IMG/VR virus record: IMGVR_UViG_3300027917_004314 | Strand: one strand, 5' to 3' | DNA: 64,000 nucleotides | Source of the DNA: a virus | Taxonomy: Duplodnaviria; Caudoviricetes | Notes under the pieces: generated by a model | Databases searched by the model: none | What the model saw: the letters and a program-made list of their open reading frames with translations, nothing else | Told to the model about the DNA's origin: nothing | Shown: in pieces, positions 51,018-60,229 of the stretch | Position numbering within the stretch: the stretch's first letter is position 1 | Layout of the letters: each line of letters opens with the position of its first letter | Made by a program: the position numbers and the translations under genes

Positions 51018-51099
51018 CGGATGAATAGAAAAATCCAGGTCTTCCTACTAATAAAGAAATATCAAATTGCATACTTAGCGATATTGGAGACTTCGAATT

Positions 51100-51399
51100 A
51101 TGGGTGTCGCAGAATTTATTGAGAACAAATTTATTGGCAAAATCCTCTGCATTTTCTTAGGTGAACATGCAGAAACCATCACATATGATCAGGCGTGGGC
51201 TGCAAATAAGGAATTTTTCAAAGGAATTGTACTCGACGTTACCGAAGGTGTTTTAACTCTCGATGTCCAAAACATAGGTGCGATTTATATAAATTGTGAA
51301 CAAATACAATCTTTTTGGGAAGAACCCTTTGATTACCACAGGGCAGTGCACACATCTATAACACGCAGATTAGTTGGAGCTAGGCGCAAGGACATATAA
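51100..51399 (+). CDS. Hypothetical protein (small beta-rich)
   Basis: GGAG RBS; downstream of a CCTACTAATA motif. Confidence 0.65.
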   Translation: MGVAEFIENKFIGKILCIFLGEHAETITYDQAWAANKEFFKGIVLDVTEGVLTLDVQNIGAIYINCEQIQSFWEEPFDYHRAVHTSITRRLVGARRKDI

Positions 51400-51410
51400 C
51401 GGGAGCAAAT

Positions 51411-52064
51411 ATGAATGATAGTATCACCAAAATAGCCAAAATTGTTAAAAGAAAAGGCAAATGGTGTGTAATTGGGCATAAAAAAACAAAGGGGAAATAT
51501 CGCAATTTTGGTTGTTATGACTCAAAGGAAGAGGCAAAAAAGCGACTTGGGCAGATTTATTTGTTTAAATTAAAAAAAGCCGAGTTGTTGAAAACTCTAA
51601 TTCAGGTCTCCGACCAATTAGATAAGCGCGGCATCATCCATATTGCCGATGCACTTACCGGCTGTATTGAATCTATTGCTTCCGAAGATTCAGAAAACCA
51701 GTCTGTTATTAAGCTCGGCAAAATTATTTGTCTTTTAAAAAAGAAAGGGGAAAATGAACTAGCAGAAGCCGTTGATAATTTACTACCAGACGTCTTAAAG
51801 CTCGAATGTGTTGACTGTGATATAGAAATTCCCAAGTCCAGGAAAAGGATCTCTGCTCTAAGAGCTTACAACATAGTACAAACGCTTCATAGAAAATATG
51901 TTGAAGGTATGATAGACGAAAATTGTTTTGAGTATTCCAAAATGGAAGAACTAAGAGCCATGCTTAAAGAAGGGTTTTCATTTCCTGCGCCGCCATCATA
52001 TAATGCATTGCCAGAAGATGTCGACAATTGGTGGGATCATTTTTTAAAACGAGGTGACAAATAA
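51411..52064 (+). CDS. Hypothetical protein with an N-terminal W..G.Y...A module and two helical motif copies
   Basis: KWCVIG...NFGCYDSKEEAKKRL; LIQVSDQLDKRG; LLKKKGENELAEAVD. Confidence 0.7.
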   Translation: MNDSITKIAKIVKRKGKWCVIGHKKTKGKYRNFGCYDSKEEAKKRLGQIYLFKLKKAELLKTLIQVSDQLDKRGIIHIADALTGCIESIASEDSENQSVIKLGKIICLLKKKGENELAEAVDNLLPDVLKLECVDCDIEIPKSRKRISALRAYNIVQTLHRKYVEGMIDENCFEYSKMEELRAMLKEGFSFPAPPSYNALPEDVDNWWDHFLKRGDK

Positions 52065-52328
52065 ATGGTAATTAACAAACTCTCCGATAAGGCAAAAGTG
52101 GCGCTGCTTGGAAAACTAGATGCCATTATAGAAAATGATCCTCAAATCGAGGCCGATGATTCTATGGTTCTGTTGGCAGAGTTGGCGGATAGATTAGACG
52201 CCGAAGGTTTTTGTGAAGCAGCTAACGAGATAGATGCACTTATCGAACAAAAGAATAAAAAACTTAAAAGACCTGGGCGAATGAAAGCTAAAGAAATAAG
52301 ACAAAAATTCGCCAAGAATAAAAAGTAA
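52065..52328 (+). CDS. Small protein consisting largely of the helical motif
   Basis: LAELADRLDAEGFCEAANEIDALIE. Confidence 0.7.
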   Translation: MVINKLSDKAKVALLGKLDAIIENDPQIEADDSMVLLAELADRLDAEGFCEAANEIDALIEQKNKKLKRPGRMKAKEIRQKFAKNKK

Positions 52329-52685
52329 ATGGGAAACAATTTTAGGTTATCCAACAGAATAGAAAAAACAGTGCAGACGCCAGCTCAGCGTACAGCTGAG
52401 TCATTGTTCAAAATTATTCAATTTATGTTTTATAGAGTGCCCGATAAGAATAAAGCGAAATTTCTGTCAAGAGTTAGAGGAAAAATAGTTAAATTAAATC
52501 CGGGTGCTTTGGGAACAAAACCGTTGCCGCCAACAGCAGCAATAGGTCAGGCAATCGGGCTGGCTAAAAATCTATTATATGGCCTTAACCCTAATTTTAT
52601 TCAAGAAGTTTTATCGGAGTTGGTAAAACTGTTATCTACAACTCCGCAACCAATAAAGCCTCTACCGCCGAGTGCTGGGGCATAA
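52329..52685 (+). CDS. Hypothetical protein
   Basis: Abutting ORF. Confidence 0.6.
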   Translation: MGNNFRLSNRIEKTVQTPAQRTAESLFKIIQFMFYRVPDKNKAKFLSRVRGKIVKLNPGALGTKPLPPTAAIGQAIGLAKNLLYGLNPNFIQEVLSELVKLLSTTPQPIKPLPPSAGA

Positions 52686-52689
52686 ATAT

Positions 52690-54681
52690 ATGTTTTATAT
52701 CAGTAAAAGAGCTGCCTGGATGCGAAGCATATGGATTAATCCAGACGATGGTTCCACGATACAAGTAGATGGCAAGACCCATGACGATGTGTTTTTTGAA
52801 CATATCGATCAGTTTGGAGATGCTGTACCTGAAGACATCAAAGAAATAATTAAGAGAAGGGAAGAAAAACCAGAGCACTCAGAAAAAGCTTACGAGATTT
52901 TGGATGGTCTAAAAGAGAGTTGGCCCAGAATTACAATATTTGGCAGTGAAGTTGGCCTAGACATGCCAGATAAATCTAATCTATTGTTGCACTTTGCACA
53001 ACAAACACTTATGAAAAGTGGGCTTAGATATGGATCCATGACAATCAACTTTGGTGTCGGCGGCTTTATCGAAGATGTTTCGTATGATGATTTTATACGA
53101 GCTGACAGGTGGTCTGATATTTTAAAGCCATATAGGTCGTTTATCACTGCGTTTGCATTGTCAAAGCGTGCCCAGGAACCGATAATTCCTACTCCGCATA
53201 TTGTGATCGAACCATACGAGCCTGCAATCGCAAAGGCACTTACTAGAATACCAAACCATTTAAAAATGAACGTCACAAAAGTAGTAGTTCACAGTGGTGG
53301 CGGTTCTGGTCATATGGGGCATGTCGAAATGGGCCCTGGGAAAGATCCAAGAGAGATACATATCTTTAAAGATAGGATCCGAGAAAAGGTGCGTCAAATG
53401 TTCGGTACTATACAACCTACAGCACAGCAGCTAGAACAAGCAACAGAACGCGCCTTGATTGAAACCATCATACACGAAACGGGACATATAGGACCGACAA
53501 GAACCCAAGAACAGATTTTACAAGGTCCGTTCTTTGGAGAACCAGAGGCCGAAGCACTCGTCAGACAGCAGCTGCCGACAATTGCATCGTTTGAAGATGC
53601 ATTGGTGAAGGCATCCCTTGATTTGGAAGAGATTAGAGAGAAGCTATTACCAAATGCTCCTATTGGAGAGCCTAACTTGCACTTTGTGGCTCAATCCATG
53701 AACCAAAAAAAATATTATCTTGTCAAGAGTGGAGTCCGTCTACTCACAGGTGGCGATATAAAACCCGCCGCAATCGAAATTAAAGAGGCAGAACAATTTA
53801 ATAATATCGCTTCTCGAAACATCAAAGTTTCTAAAATTATTGGAGTTATTGCGGCAGAAGTAGGAGTTCATCCATATAACGATTTGAATTTTGTGGTTGC
53901 TTTGGCAAAATGGCAAGATTGCAACGGTTTAGAGCCTACTGGCAAATTAGATGCTGGTACTTTATCCAAGCTTGGTAAAAATCATAGTCACTTAGAGACC
54001 CCTAAAAATTTTGGTGTTGTGGTTCCTCAACACCTGTATCGTGGCGCAATAATTGAGAATATGAAACAACTAGAAGCGTTGCGTGATAGGTTTGGTGTAC
54101 AAAGGGTTGTTTCCCTGCACAACCACCCTGATATAACTAGGATGTGTCACATCGCTGGTTTAGAACATGTTGTAGCACCTTTAGAAACAGGATCGCCAAG
54201 TGACTTTGGTAGAAAAATTCTTGGAAAATCCATTTCTAGCTTTTTAAAAGAAAAACCAACATATATTCATTGTTTTTATGGTCAAGACCGCACAGGAGGC
54301 GTTGTAGCGCGCTTCAGGACGGAAACTGGATGGCCATGTGAAGCAGCCTATGCAGAAGCAAAAGCTTATGGTTTTAAAGACATGTTTGCCGATCTTATCG
54401 ATTGGTTTTCTGAGCCATGCGGCAAGCCACCAGTTGATACCGATAAGATAAGGAAATTATTGAAGAATAAATCTCCTTATAAGAATCCAGAAACTTCACA
54501 ACCTCTAGAACAGTCGTTATTGGAACCCCACCTAAATCCAGTTCCTAATGATATGCCATTTGGCAATCCATATCAAGATGCTAGTGAACATGTCTATGTT
54601 ACGTGGGCTGATACTATTAACAGCGTGGCGCCAACAGGGATTTTAAGCATTCCTGTGCCATCAGGGAGTACGGGCATATGA
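52690..54681 (+). CDS. Multidomain protein: zincin-like HExxH domain, peptidoglycan-binding domain, protein tyrosine/dual-specificity phosphatase
   Basis: IIHETGH; WQDCNGLEPTGKLDAGTLSKL; NFGVV..HLYRGA and IHCFYGQDRTG P-loop. Confidence 0.8.
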   Translation: MFYISKRAAWMRSIWINPDDGSTIQVDGKTHDDVFFEHIDQFGDAVPEDIKEIIKRREEKPEHSEKAYEILDGLKESWPRITIFGSEVGLDMPDKSNLLLHFAQQTLMKSGLRYGSMTINFGVGGFIEDVSYDDFIRADRWSDILKPYRSFITAFALSKRAQEPIIPTPHIVIEPYEPAIAKALTRIPNHLKMNVTKVVVHSGGGSGHMGHVEMGPGKDPREIHIFKDRIREKVRQMFGTIQPTAQQLEQATERALIETIIHETGHIGPTRTQEQILQGPFFGEPEAEALVRQQLPTIASFEDALVKASLDLEEIREKLLPNAPIGEPNLHFVAQSMNQKKYYLVKSGVRLLTGGDIKPAAIEIKEAEQFNNIASRNIKVSKIIGVIAAEVGVHPYNDLNFVVALAKWQDCNGLEPTGKLDAGTLSKLGKNHSHLETPKNFGVVVPQHLYRGAIIENMKQLEALRDRFGVQRVVSLHNHPDITRMCHIAGLEHVVAPLETGSPSDFGRKILGKSISSFLKEKPTYIHCFYGQDRTGGVVARFRTETGWPCEAAYAEAKAYGFKDMFADLIDWFSEPCGKPPVDTDKIRKLLKNKSPYKNPETSQPLEQSLLEPHLNPVPNDMPFGNPYQDASEHVYVTWADTINSVAPTGILSIPVPSGSTGI

Positions 54682-54953
54682 TCGACGAAGAAACCATTAC
54701 TATAGTTGCAAATCTCAGAAATACACTAAATAGACGCGGATTTACACGGTCCGCTGCAGAAATTAATGAAATTTTATATCAACTTATAGAAGATCGATAT
54801 GCACTGGAACCTGAGGAGGAAGAGGAAGATGAGGCTAGTGACGCCTTTGTAGCATCAAATATCGTTGGATTACGAGGAGATGTGCAGCCCGAACAACCTT
54901 GGGGTGGTTGGGGCGTTAACCCATTTTTTCACGATCCGGGAGAGCCCAACTAG
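54678..54953 (+). CDS. Small protein with helical motif
   Basis: VANLRNTLNRRGFTRSAAEINEIL; ATGA overlap. Confidence 0.65.
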   Translation: MIDEETITIVANLRNTLNRRGFTRSAAEINEILYQLIEDRYALEPEEEEEDEASDAFVASNIVGLRGDVQPEQPWGGWGVNPFFHDPGEPN

Positions 54954-55039
54954 CAATCTATAGCACAAAACTATTTGAAATCTATTAATAAAATTTCATA
55001 ATTTTGCGGCAATTACGCTTATGTTTAACGCGAGGACAT

Positions 55040-55663
55040 ATGGTTCAAAAGCTAGCAAATTTACCACAACGATCATCTGAAATATCTCCAGAGGAGAAAG
55101 ACGCAGCCAAAAAGGTCCTTCAGGCCTTTAAGAAATTTTTGCGTCTGCTTTGGGCTGCCAAGCAGCACGATGATCGTTTAATTAATGTTTTTGAAAAAAA
55201 TGAAAACGCCGATTCAGCGGCACTTTTCGAAATAAGACACCTTCTTCGAAGATATCAAAAAGATGGCAAAGATAGGTATACAAAACTAATTGTAATGTTT
55301 GCTGGACAGAAAGATGAAAATATGGAACTGATAGAGAAGGGGATAATTCACCTTCTGCAACCGCTAGAAAAAGATACAACGACTAGGCAAATCAAAACGG
55401 CGTTGCAAGACGCAATGCAGCAATTGGCTGAGTTTGTAGAAGAATTTCTCGAATTGTTTGAGGATTTTAACAACAAAGATCAAATTAAAAATATAATTAA
55501 TGTTGCAAAGAAATCTGAGAAAATTATTCAAAGCATAGAAAACACAATAGAAAAACAGATGAGGCCGCATTTCGAGAAGAACATATTGGGTCCGAGAAAA
55601 ATTAGTAGTATACGCAGCCGAATTCGTAGAAGGGCTCGACTTATTACTATGCTGGAGGCATAA
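55040..55663 (+). CDS. Helical hypothetical protein
   Basis: GAGGA RBS before ATG 55040. Confidence 0.65.
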   Translation: MVQKLANLPQRSSEISPEEKDAAKKVLQAFKKFLRLLWAAKQHDDRLINVFEKNENADSAALFEIRHLLRRYQKDGKDRYTKLIVMFAGQKDENMELIEKGIIHLLQPLEKDTTTRQIKTALQDAMQQLAEFVEEFLELFEDFNNKDQIKNIINVAKKSEKIIQSIENTIEKQMRPHFEKNILGPRKISSIRSRIRRRARLITMLEA

Positions 55664-55801
55664 ATGATTATTAAGCACTCTGATGCCAAAATTGATTCTG
55701 TCTATACCGACAAGGAGACGGCACAGGAAGATATCAAAAAGAAGGCCAATATAGAAAAATCTGAGGAAAAAGAGACTAATACTGACGACGAGAGGGATTA
55801 A
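55664..55801 (+). CDS. 45-aa ORF missed by the track (MIIKHSDAKIDSVYTD...)
   Basis: GGAGG RBS; starts right after the previous stop and its TAA abuts ATG 55802. Confidence 0.55.
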   Translation: MIIKHSDAKIDSVYTDKETAQEDIKKKANIEKSEEKETNTDDERD

Positions 55802-58800
55802 ATGGCCATATTTAAAACTGCTCAGTTGGAAGTTAGACAGGTACATAATACAGATTTAATGGCATCCTCCAAGCCCATGGAGGCTCTACTCCTTGGCTCT
55901 GAGGCAGCGAAAGCTGACGAACAAATAAAACAACGTTTTGTTAAATTCGCCCAACATTTGAAAAGAGTTGCGCCAAAGGCCAAGGATTTCCTGTACTTTA
56001 GTTGTATTATGATGCATGCAGCAGAGGCTGCACTAATTGATCAGAACACCGGCTTGCCGGTAAAGAATGGTGAAGACGAAGTTACGTCCGAATGGAAAAT
56101 AGATAACAAGGGATCCTGGAAATGGGCCTGTTCTGATCCGAACATTAAGCCTTATAAAAACAACAACGGCGATATTTTTCCAGAAGTAGAGCTTAAAAAA
56201 GCTTATAGAAAATGGATTGGTCGCCCCCTTTGCAAAGATCATCAAAGCGGTTCCGTTGATGGTATTCGTGGTATCATCGTAGATACTTATTATGATGACA
56301 AACGCAAAAGAGTTATTGCCCTATGCGCTCTGGATAAAATTAATTATCCAGATCTTGCTAGAAAAGTTTCTACAGGTTATGCTACAAATGTTTCTATGGG
56401 CACAGCAGTTGGCATATCTATCTGTTTTGAGTGTGGCAATATCGCAAGGGTAGAGGCCGATTATTGTCCATGCGTCAAAACTAAGAAAACTTATGGTGAA
56501 ATTAATATTGACCTCTCGCCCATTGAGTTGAGCCTGGTAGTCACGGGCGCAGATCCTCAAGCCAAATTGAGGAATGTAATCGCCAGTCTTGAAAAATATT
56601 CTAATGAAAAGGGTGAAAGAATTAAGGAACTTAAAAGAGCTGGTTGTGTTACACCAGATGAACTGACGAGGTTGGAGAATGAGATAGTTGATTTAAGGAA
56701 TACTGTGAGAGCAGCAACCAACCTCATGTTTTATAAAGCCGCAGCTGTTGGGCCTGGTGCTGAAAACATAGAACAGGCGAGGAATTTAGGAGAAGTTCTA
56801 AAACATCTGACCAGTCCAGAAGCAAGAAAAAAAGTCGAAAACATTATTACTTCTCTATTAGAAGAGGTCCCTGCAGAAGAGCCAGTTGAGGTGGAACCAG
56901 CAAGTGCTACTCCAAGCACCAAAGATATGGGAGATACTGAAAAAGGGTACACCGGATCCAACTCTGATACTGGACCGCCAGAGTGGTCACCAGAGAGAAC
57001 TGATATTATGAGAATGACCAGTGATAAAACTGCTGATTTAGGAATACAAATAAACGCTATTAATAAGAAGCTGGACGCCATGGAACTTGCACTTCGTGAC
57101 ATGGCAACGGGCGTCCAGGAAGTCACAACACATAAGGAGGAGCAATCAATGTCTGACAAAGAGCTTCGTCAAAGGGCAGCTGCCCGTCGTGCAATGTTTC
57201 AAAAATCTGCCTATCATCAGGGTGGGGGGGATTTGAATGATCCAGCTAATCTTCCATATCCCGTTGATCCATTGAATGATCAACTCAAGACGAAAGGAGA
57301 CAAGCAGATGGAGGGTCAGGGTATGGAGCCTGGAAATGATGGTCTGCACCCAGGTTATGACAGCTTTGGCCAATCCGAAGAGTCCCTAAAGAAAATGCTT
57401 TCTAGGGCTGAATTAGAAGAGAGAAAGATGCGCAGACACGCATTCATGAAGCAGGCTGAGGAGCCAGCGCAAGAGCTGGAGACCAAGAAAACGCCTAGCG
57501 GTGCCACCGTTGCAAAAACCCCGGACGGAAAGGTTATTATGCTTAACAATGATGGCACATACAATGAAGTGGACGATACCCAGATCCAACAGGCTAGAGA
57601 CCTAGTCAAAATGGTTGGTAGGGGCACTCCATCACCCACCAAGAAAGAAGCCTATTGGCAAGGTGGTGGCGGTGTTAATGAGCCACAAACTTATCCGGTT
57701 GACCCCATGAATGATAAGTTGAAAACTGATGGCGATAAGCAAATGGAAGGACAGGGTATGGAGCCAGGTAACGACGGCCTGCACCCAGGTTACCAGAGCT
57801 ATGGTAATGAAGAAGCTCTAAAAAAGAAGCTTCTCCGCGCTCAGCTTCGCGCTAAGTTTATTGTAGCCTACAAAAATGAAGATAAGACTGTCATTGACAA
57901 GAAAAATTCTCGTTGGGAAATCTATGCTGGCCCAGATAAGATTCTTGAGGCGACTGGCGCAGAGATCTACGAGGATGAGCTAGAACAGAATTGGGAATTG
58001 CTGGCGAGCAAAGAGTGGGGTCGCAAGGCAATCGCAGCTATTCGAGAGAAAGGTTTCGAACGTGTAGCATGGTTGTTGAAGGGAGAAAGTCTTGAAAAGA
58101 CTGCTCAGCCACCAATGCCTCCACCCACAGCAGGTGGCGAAAAGCCAATGCCGCCTCCTCCAGCAGTCGAAGGGCTACCAGAAGCTGCTCCTGAGGAAGA
58201 GGCGAAGGATCCTGTTCAATCAGCTCTAGATACGCTATCTGAGAGTTTGGAGAGCGCAGAGAAGGCTATGGGCGATCTTAAGGATGCCCTTGAGGAAGTA
58301 ACTGGCAAATCAGAAGGTGCTGAGCTTCCAGATGTTGGTGGCGCCGAGGCCGACGATGCAGAGCAACTTGCAATGGCAGAAGTCGCATCTCAGATCAAGG
58401 AAGTATATTCTGGCCTAGATGAAAGCGCAGATGAGCTGGCTATGCTAGCTGAGTCGCTTGAATCACGTTTCAAGGCTGGAAAGGGTTCAGAGGATGCGGT
58501 AACCGCCGAACTTCTTCGTCTTGCGCCTGAGGCAGTAAACGAGAGTGCTGAACTTCGCAGAGAAGCATCCCTTGTTATTGATGCCGCCAAGAAGAAAGAA
58601 AAGAAGGAAGAGGAAGAAGATGAAAAAGAGGAGAAAGAAGATGACAAGAAAGATAAGAAGGGCAAGGGCAAACTGCCGCCTGCTCTTGAAAAAGCTATAG
58701 AGAAGAAGAAAGAAAAGAAGGAAAAGAAAGAAGACAAGAAAGAAGATAAGGAAGAGAAAGAAGATGAGGAAGAGAAAGGGGAGAAAAAAGAAAAGAACAA

Positions 58801-59959
58801 CAATGGTAAAAAGAGCAAAGCAGAAGTTTTGTTAGAGAATCTGTTGAAGGCTCGTGCCGCAAAGCGTCGTGAGTTAGTCCGTGAGGCTGATGAAGAGGTG
58901 GCAGAGTCGTATGCTGCTGAAGGCATGACTAAAGCTGATGTTGAGAAGATTGTTAAAGACCTCCTAGATGAAATGGGCGTTACCTCGGAATTTATGAAAG
59001 AAGAAATGGAGGAACCAGAGCATGCTCCTGAGGAAGAGGCTCTTGTAGTAGAGGAGCCAGCCGGTGAGCTTGAAACTTTGATGGAAGGATCTCCAGAAGC
59101 GTCAGATGGCCTAGAACTCGAGCTTTCTCAGATGCTAGATGATTTGAATGCCCTAGAAGATCAGGCTGTAGAACAGGAGGCTGATAGTGTTCCTGTCCCA
59201 GTTGGTGATTTAACTGTCGATGCTGAAGCTCGTAAAGCATGGCGTGAGAGAGTAGCTGCTGAGGTTGGCGCCAAGTATCAACTTTCTCTTGATCAGGCTG
59301 TAACAGTTGATTCCGATATGCCAGCTAAGTTCCATCCACAAGGTGGCCACGATCTTGAAAGGTTGGACATTTCCCCATCCGATCAGGGAGCATATTTTGA
59401 GACTATCGTCGAGCAGCATGATAAAATCATGAAGGAAGTTCAGAATCTTCCAAAAGTTAGAGAAGCCATGGAGCATCTGGGCGGGCTGCTTAAGAATGGT
59501 ACGCTGACCATTGATGATCTAGACGATGTTAAGAAGTTGAAGGCACTTGCGGTGGATCCTGAAGCTGCCAAGTATTGGAAAACCTACTTTGGTGAGGGAG
59601 ACGCCGAAAGCAAGAAATTTGGAAACGAACTCACTCAAGAATATACAAAGAAGAAGTCTGAGGCAAATCTAGACGAACAGCGCGTGAAACTGAGCAGAGC
59701 ATATGACATCGCTCTTGATATGCAAGAAAAGGGCATGATAGCTGACGATCGCGCAACCTTGGAAAAGCAAGTTAATGAGATTATGAGCTTTGATAACAAG
59801 AGCTTTGAATCTTTCAAACGTGCACTTTCCCGTGTAGCTAAGCCAGCACAGGTAAAAACAGCAGCTCCGGCACTTAATGTTGGGGTTAGCTCTGAAGATT
59901 TGGGCGAAGGAGTGACTTCTCCAGAGAACCTGGCAGATCAGCTTAGGAAAATGTGGTAA
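55802..59959 (+). CDS. Prohead protease fused to scaffold/core protein
   Basis: NNNGDIF, candidate catalytic His (PLCKDH) and Ser (NVSMGT), CFEC..CPC insert, IELSLVVTGADPQA; then a long acidic/basic coiled region. Confidence 0.75.
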   Translation: MAIFKTAQLEVRQVHNTDLMASSKPMEALLLGSEAAKADEQIKQRFVKFAQHLKRVAPKAKDFLYFSCIMMHAAEAALIDQNTGLPVKNGEDEVTSEWKIDNKGSWKWACSDPNIKPYKNNNGDIFPEVELKKAYRKWIGRPLCKDHQSGSVDGIRGIIVDTYYDDKRKRVIALCALDKINYPDLARKVSTGYATNVSMGTAVGISICFECGNIARVEADYCPCVKTKKTYGEINIDLSPIELSLVVTGADPQAKLRNVIASLEKYSNEKGERIKELKRAGCVTPDELTRLENEIVDLRNTVRAATNLMFYKAAAVGPGAENIEQARNLGEVLKHLTSPEARKKVENIITSLLEEVPAEEPVEVEPASATPSTKDMGDTEKGYTGSNSDTGPPEWSPERTDIMRMTSDKTADLGIQINAINKKLDAMELALRDMATGVQEVTTHKEEQSMSDKELRQRAAARRAMFQKSAYHQGGGDLNDPANLPYPVDPLNDQLKTKGDKQMEGQGMEPGNDGLHPGYDSFGQSEESLKKMLSRAELEERKMRRHAFMKQAEEPAQELETKKTPSGATVAKTPDGKVIMLNNDGTYNEVDDTQIQQARDLVKMVGRGTPSPTKKEAYWQGGGGVNEPQTYPVDPMNDKLKTDGDKQMEGQGMEPGNDGLHPGYQSYGNEEALKKKLLRAQLRAKFIVAYKNEDKTVIDKKNSRWEIYAGPDKILEATGAEIYEDELEQNWELLASKEWGRKAIAAIREKGFERVAWLLKGESLEKTAQPPMPPPTAGGEKPMPPPPAVEGLPEAAPEEEAKDPVQSALDTLSESLESAEKAMGDLKDALEEVTGKSEGAELPDVGGAEADDAEQLAMAEVASQIKEVYSGLDESADELAMLAESLESRFKAGKGSEDAVTAELLRLAPEAVNESAELRREASLVIDAAKKKEKKEEEEDEKEEKEDDKKDKKGKGKLPPALEKAIEKKKEKKEKKEDKKEDKEEKEDEEEKGEKKEKNNNGKKSKAEVLLENLLKARAAKRRELVREADEEVAESYAAEGMTKADVEKIVKDLLDEMGVTSEFMKEEMEEPEHAPEEEALVVEEPAGELETLMEGSPEASDGLELELSQMLDDLNALEDQAVEQEADSVPVPVGDLTVDAEARKAWRERVAAEVGAKYQLSLDQAVTVDSDMPAKFHPQGGHDLERLDISPSDQGAYFETIVEQHDKIMKEVQNLPKVREAMEHLGGLLKNGTLTIDDLDDVKKLKALAVDPEAAKYWKTYFGEGDAESKKFGNELTQEYTKKKSEANLDEQRVKLSRAYDIALDMQEKGMIADDRATLEKQVNEIMSFDNKSFESFKRALSRVAKPAQVKTAAPALNVGVSSEDLGEGVTSPENLADQLRKMW
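57200..57843 (+). repeat. Internal ~67-aa direct repeat in the scaffold (57200-57410 and 57641-57843)
   Basis: AY[HW]QGGG..N[DE]P..YPVDP[LM]ND.LKT.GDKQMEGQGMEPGNDGLHPGY..[FY]G..E.LKK.L.RA. Confidence 0.9.
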
Positions 59960-59974
59960 AAGCAATTACTTAAG

Positions 59975-60002
59975 GGGTCTCGGGGAATCTTCCCCGAGGC
60001 CC
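59975..60002 (+). terminator. GC-rich 12-bp hairpin after the protease/scaffold gene (terminator or processing/stability element)
   Basis: GGGTCTCGGGGA-ATCT-TCCCCGAGGCCC; no classic U-tract. Confidence 0.5.
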
Positions 60003-60027
60003 ATTCCTTATTCTCAAGGATTTGAAA

Positions 60028-60204
60028 ATGAAACTTACTAAAAAGGAAAGGGTACAGGAGATACTATCTCTGAAACAATTTGGGCTTCTGCCTGAGGAAA
60101 TTGAGGCATATTTTGAATTCTTTGATGAAGTTGATGAGAAAAAGGCAAAACGTGTTTTTGTTTTGAACAGTAAATCTAAGGACGCGGGAGAGAAACGAGA
60201 TTGA
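60028..60204 (+). CDS. Small hypothetical protein
   Basis: AAGGA RBS before ATG 60028. Confidence 0.5.
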   Translation: MKLTKKERVQEILSLKQFGLLPEEIEAYFEFFDEVDEKKAKRVFVLNSKSKDAGEKRD

Positions 60205-60229
60205 AAACTATCTATTGGAGGTTTACAAA

